DNA of 63,968 nucleotides, filler included, from Piptocephalis cylindrospora (taxonomy: Eukaryota), in assembly GCA_003614145.1 (NCBI GenBank). It is 5 parts of 5 records of this genome, joined end to end, with 100 filler letters (N's around TTAATTAATTAA, not from the genome) between each part and the next. Parts side by side here need not be neighbours in the genome. Positions count along the whole stretch, not along the records: positions 52,739 to 63,968 come from KZ988005.1; 4 more parts are not named here. One strand, 5' to 3'. The notes below the pieces were generated by a model, which saw nothing but the letters and a program-made list of their open reading frames with translations, had not been told where the DNA came from and searched no databases. Below are positions 60,141 to 63,968 of the stretch, in pieces. The position numbers and the translations under genes were made by a program. The first letter of the stretch is position 1; every line of letters begins with the position of its first letter.

Positions 60141-62842
60141 ATGAGTCAAAATAGCCCTCCTGCCTCCGATGTGCCCGCAGCAACAGTAACTCAGGATATG
60201 GATGGCAATTCCAAGGAATTCAACCAGGCCTCGGGACAGGAAGGCATGAACTATAGCATGGACGTAACCATTGCCCTGGAGGAACTTGGAGATCTTGATA
60301 CAGAGGGTAGCGAAGCCCATGAGCGACCCCTCCTTCTCCCGGCCATTCGATGGGCCCATGAATCCGGATACAATGGCCCGGTTCTTCCCTTGACCTGGGC
60401 GGAAAGGACCAACTCTGCGTCAGAAGGTACTGAAAACCCCGTAGAAGTGGTGGGAAAGGAGCTTGGGACTGCCCTTCTTCCCGAGGAGCTAGTCATCAAC
60501 CTACCCGAATGGCCCAGTCTCACCAATATCCTCTACGCCCGGATTCATCTTACATCCCAGCTAAGCTCGATGGATGATCGAGTCCAAGTTGCGGCTGAGC
60601 AGGTAAATTCTTTCTCCACTATCTTCATCACCCGTTCTCATCATAGAAACATATGCGCCCCCTTGAATAGAGATTGCGACAATTCGTGTCTTGGGCAGGC
60701 CACATTTCCCTAGGTGCCCTAATCTTACGTATGCCAGAAACCCTGGAGGCCGTCCCTATATTTGCACGGTCCATTGCCGCCATTCTCCCGGTCCTATTTT
60801 CAACCCATCTATGGATCGATGTTGAGGAGGAAACCTCAGGATGGGAGAAGTGGGAGTGCCTATCTTCCCTGGTTGAACGAAGTAGCAGAATACATGTTGG
60901 TAAGGGGTCTCCATTGAATTCTCTAGCAGCTTGACCTCCCATATACTCACCTTATACTTTCTAGCCTTGCGCATAAGGCAAAATCACGCTCAAGCCACCT
61001 CCAATGCGCCCTCCTTAGGTCAATGGAAAGCAGAGCCTATCTCTGCCCTGATCCTCCCTGATACTACCTTTGTCCCCAATTCCAAGGGGTACCCCACGCT
61101 TTATCGACCCCATCAATCCTTTCTTCGAAGCATGATTCCAGTACGGATACTTTTTATTATTTCCTACACATTTTTTATCTCTTGCCCACCTTTCACCCCC
61201 CATTCCTTTTCCACTTTTAGCTCTTCCCTGCTGCGGCCCTTATCGTGGCATGCACCGGATCAAATAGCCGCGAGAATCCTGAATTGTACCTGCAGTATCT
61301 TCGTCACATCACCGCCACACTCCCCACTCCCAGTGTTGTAGACACCTTTGCCTCTGGCTATCAGGATTACCTGCAAGCTCCACTTCAACCCCTCATGGAC
61401 AACTTGGACTCTGGCACATACACAGTCTTTGAGCGAGATCCTGTAAAGTATGTCCAGTACGAAGAGGCCATCTTCCAGGCCCTTCAGGATCACCATACCA
61501 CTCCACAATGCAACCCTCCGTAAGTGACTATTGATCCTCCAGCCCTACAAAGGGCTATGGCCTTCCAGCCAACTCATCCTCATCTTTCTATAGCGTCATC
61601 ATGGTGGTAGGAGCGGGAGGTCGAGGCCCTCTGGTGGACTGTGCTCTTAGGGCATCTCAGAGGGCCGAGATCCCCATTCGGGTCTTTGCTGTGGAAAAGA
61701 ATCCCAATGCTCTTGTCACGTGAGTAGACAGAGCTGATTTATACCCAGGTCATACCTTGCCTCCATCTCACCGCCCTTCCCCTCTGTTAGTCTAAGGGTT
61801 AAAAAAGCAGAGCATTGGGGAGATCAAGTAGAGATTATCCATGAGGATATGCGTCGATGGAAGGCTCCAGAATTGGCGGATATCCTGGTCAGTGAGCTCC
61901 TTGGGTCCTTTGGGGATAATGAGCTTTCCCCTGAATGTCTTGACGGAGCTCAGGCTTTCCTGAAGGGTAAGTTATTCTTTTTTGGACCATCCTTCACCAT
62001 ATCATACCTACACAATCTTACGGGGTGCATTCATAGAGAATGGCATCTCTATCCCATGTAACTCCACAGCCCACTTGGCCCTTCTTTCCTCCTCCAAGCT
62101 CCATGCTGAGGCATCGGCCTACGGAGAGAGAAGTAAAATGGAGACACCTTATGTCGTCATGTTCCGTAAGGTTCATGAGGCTACGGCCCCCCAGGCCGTG
62201 TGGACATTTGAGCACCCTTTACGTCCAGGAAAGGGCGATAATTTGGAGGGTAAGCGTCTAAGGAGGTCGAGGCGGAAATGACTGGGGGCCTCTTACTAAC
62301 TGATCACTCATCCCTCCTCCTTTCTCCAGAGGTTCGACCAGATAATAAACACAATTGTAGGTATGCTCAAAGGGAATTTACCCCGGGGTTTCCCATGCGT
62401 CTAGATGGACTGGCCGGATATTTTGACTCGTGTTTGTACAAGGATGTCTATCTGAGTAAGTACTTCTTAGGTGAAGACATGGGGTGCTAAATCACCTTAC
62501 TAGCACACATCCACCCATCCCATACCCCTTTAGGCATCCATCCGGAAACCTTTTCCGACGGCATGTTTAGTTGGTTCCCCATCTACTTTCCCATTCATGT
62601 AAGTGATGTAGCAAGAACCACCATAACGAAAAAAATCTATCTCACCCCATCACTTGCGCCTCCCGTAGACTCCCTTACTGATCCCTGAAGGAGGCAAGGT
62701 GTGTGTAAGGATGTGGCGTCGTACGGCCCAGGCTCATGTATGGTACGAATGGAGCGTCGACATTCATTCCCGGGAAGGGCAATATCTTTACAGGACGCCC
62801 ATCCATAACCTATCTGGACGGTCTTATAAGATTGGCATGTGA
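60141..62842 (+). CDS. PRMT5: Protein arginine methyltransferase 5 (Skb1/Hsl7)
   Basis: [86 protein letters not shown]; ~9 introns. Confidence 0.95.
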
Positions 62843-63037
62843 TCCATCTCTTTTTCTCGAAGAGAGGGCTGATGAGGATAAAACCAAGATGAGCTAGGAT
62901 AAGATGCAACAAATTTCCAGGTAGGCTAGTTGGATCAGAATAAATTATATTGTTGTCGAACCAATGAATTGTGCTGGCATTATAAAGTACATGTCGATTC
63001 ATTTGACAGGGTGTTTAATGCTCCCACCAAGATTTCT

Positions 63038-63412
63038 TTACTCCTCCGAGTTCCCGGAGGCGTCTCGAGGCAAGGATAAATCCAATGCACCCAAGGCCGT
63101 GCCCAACCTAGAGGCTCGTTGGGACAGGGCCAAAGCTCGGGCCTCAATAGCGCGTGTTTCCAACTGAACCTGGGGCAGGGCCTGGGCCCAGTCGCGCTGA
63201 CATTGCGCCATCTCCTTGGATAGCTCTCTTACCTGAAGCTGAACACTAGCCCTTAGTTTATCCACTGCCGTCAATCGTTCCTCCGTCGTGAACTGGCCTC
63301 CCTCCGCGGACAAAGTGAGAGAAGTAGCAAGTTCCTGGTTGATGTACGCCTGAATATCCAGGTCCACATCCGATAAGAGCATATTTTGCAGAGGTGGGGA
63401 AGGAGAGGACAT
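63038..63412 (-). CDS. Short coiled-coil protein resembling the COG7 N-terminus
   Basis: D.DIQAYIN, L...VQLQVRELS.E........ALPQV..E...I...A..L resembles the COG7 N-terminal helices. Confidence 0.45.
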   Translation of the reverse strand: MSSPSPPLQNMLLSDVDLDIQAYINQELATSLTLSAEGGQFTTEERLTAVDKLRASVQLQVRELSKEMAQCQRDWAQALPQVQLETRAIEARALALSQRASRLGTALGALDLSLPRDASGNSEE

Positions 63413-63968
63413 GGAAGATGGGATGAGAGAAGCCTTGGTATTGGTTTATGGTAAGAGAGGGGAGGGGAGGGGAGGCAGGAAGGCGGAGGGGAACGCTGTG
63501 TGATACCCATAATCTTGAGTATTTAGTCAATGTGGTCCGACCCGCCCTTTCAATCTGCAATGACATAACTACATCTCATTACCATAAAAAAGGAGTAAAG
63601 CAATTCGAGAAAGAAAAGGAATTTCTTGCCAAGTGTCATGCAACAAGAAATGGAGAAGAAGAGAATAGGGTTTGAAACAATGAACACACATTCACCCCTC
63701 AAGAAGAGAAAGAGGAAGTAGGTTGGATAGGTCGGAACCAAATAACTACCTTCTAGAACGGCCCGGGGGAGGGACCCAGAGAGCATCGGGGCTTCACAGA
63801 AAATGTGAAAACTCATGCATCTGATGACATTCTAATATGGAGCTCCTCACTGTAGGATTTTCGAGAAAGGGAGTAAATGGTTCGATAAAGTCAACAAGAC
63901 AAAGGCCTGCCAGATAACCTAGGATCCCAGGATTTGCTCCACTTTTCTCATCAGCCCCCCCCCCCCCC

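Noticed and set aside
8443..62261. Numerous antisense or alternate-frame ORFs overlapping identified genes
   Set aside because: Shadow ORFs expected in moderately GC-rich coding DNA; no independent evidence.

Overview
Eukaryotic, fungal-type genomic DNA with compact genes, short GT-AG introns (mostly ~60-110 nt) and GA/CA microsatellites. The gene complement (PTEN, FGD-type RhoGEF, Lst2-like, TRMT61B-like, DBT, PDCD5) suggests an early-diverging fungus; a Zoopagomycota mycoparasite such as Piptocephalis is plausible but is inference only. The window is not one locus: five contigs are joined by 100-nt N/TTAATTAATTAA linkers, and the three complete contigs decrease in length (13099, 13032, 13015 bp), as expected for size-sorted concatenation. 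About 30 genes are supported, mostly housekeeping (CDC10, TRS23, AHA1, RDS3, FEN1, CSC1/OSCA, PRP4 kinase, RPS24, DBT, GET5, MRP7, GAB1, PRMT5). Best leads: (1) a secreted prepropeptide with 7-aa acidic repeats, a Kex2-type site and a +10 cationic peptide; (2) an AHA1 last intron whose retention would add a membrane tail anchor; (3) a tandem pair of small secreted proteins with X-Pro leaders and Trp-initiated aromatic cores; (4) bacterial-type MscS and LysP-like transporters; (5) an intronless Mpo1 paralog with degenerate motifs; (6) a FYVE-less Lst2/ZFYVE28 homolog. Family calls come from motif recognition, not database searches, and exon boundaries were read by eye.
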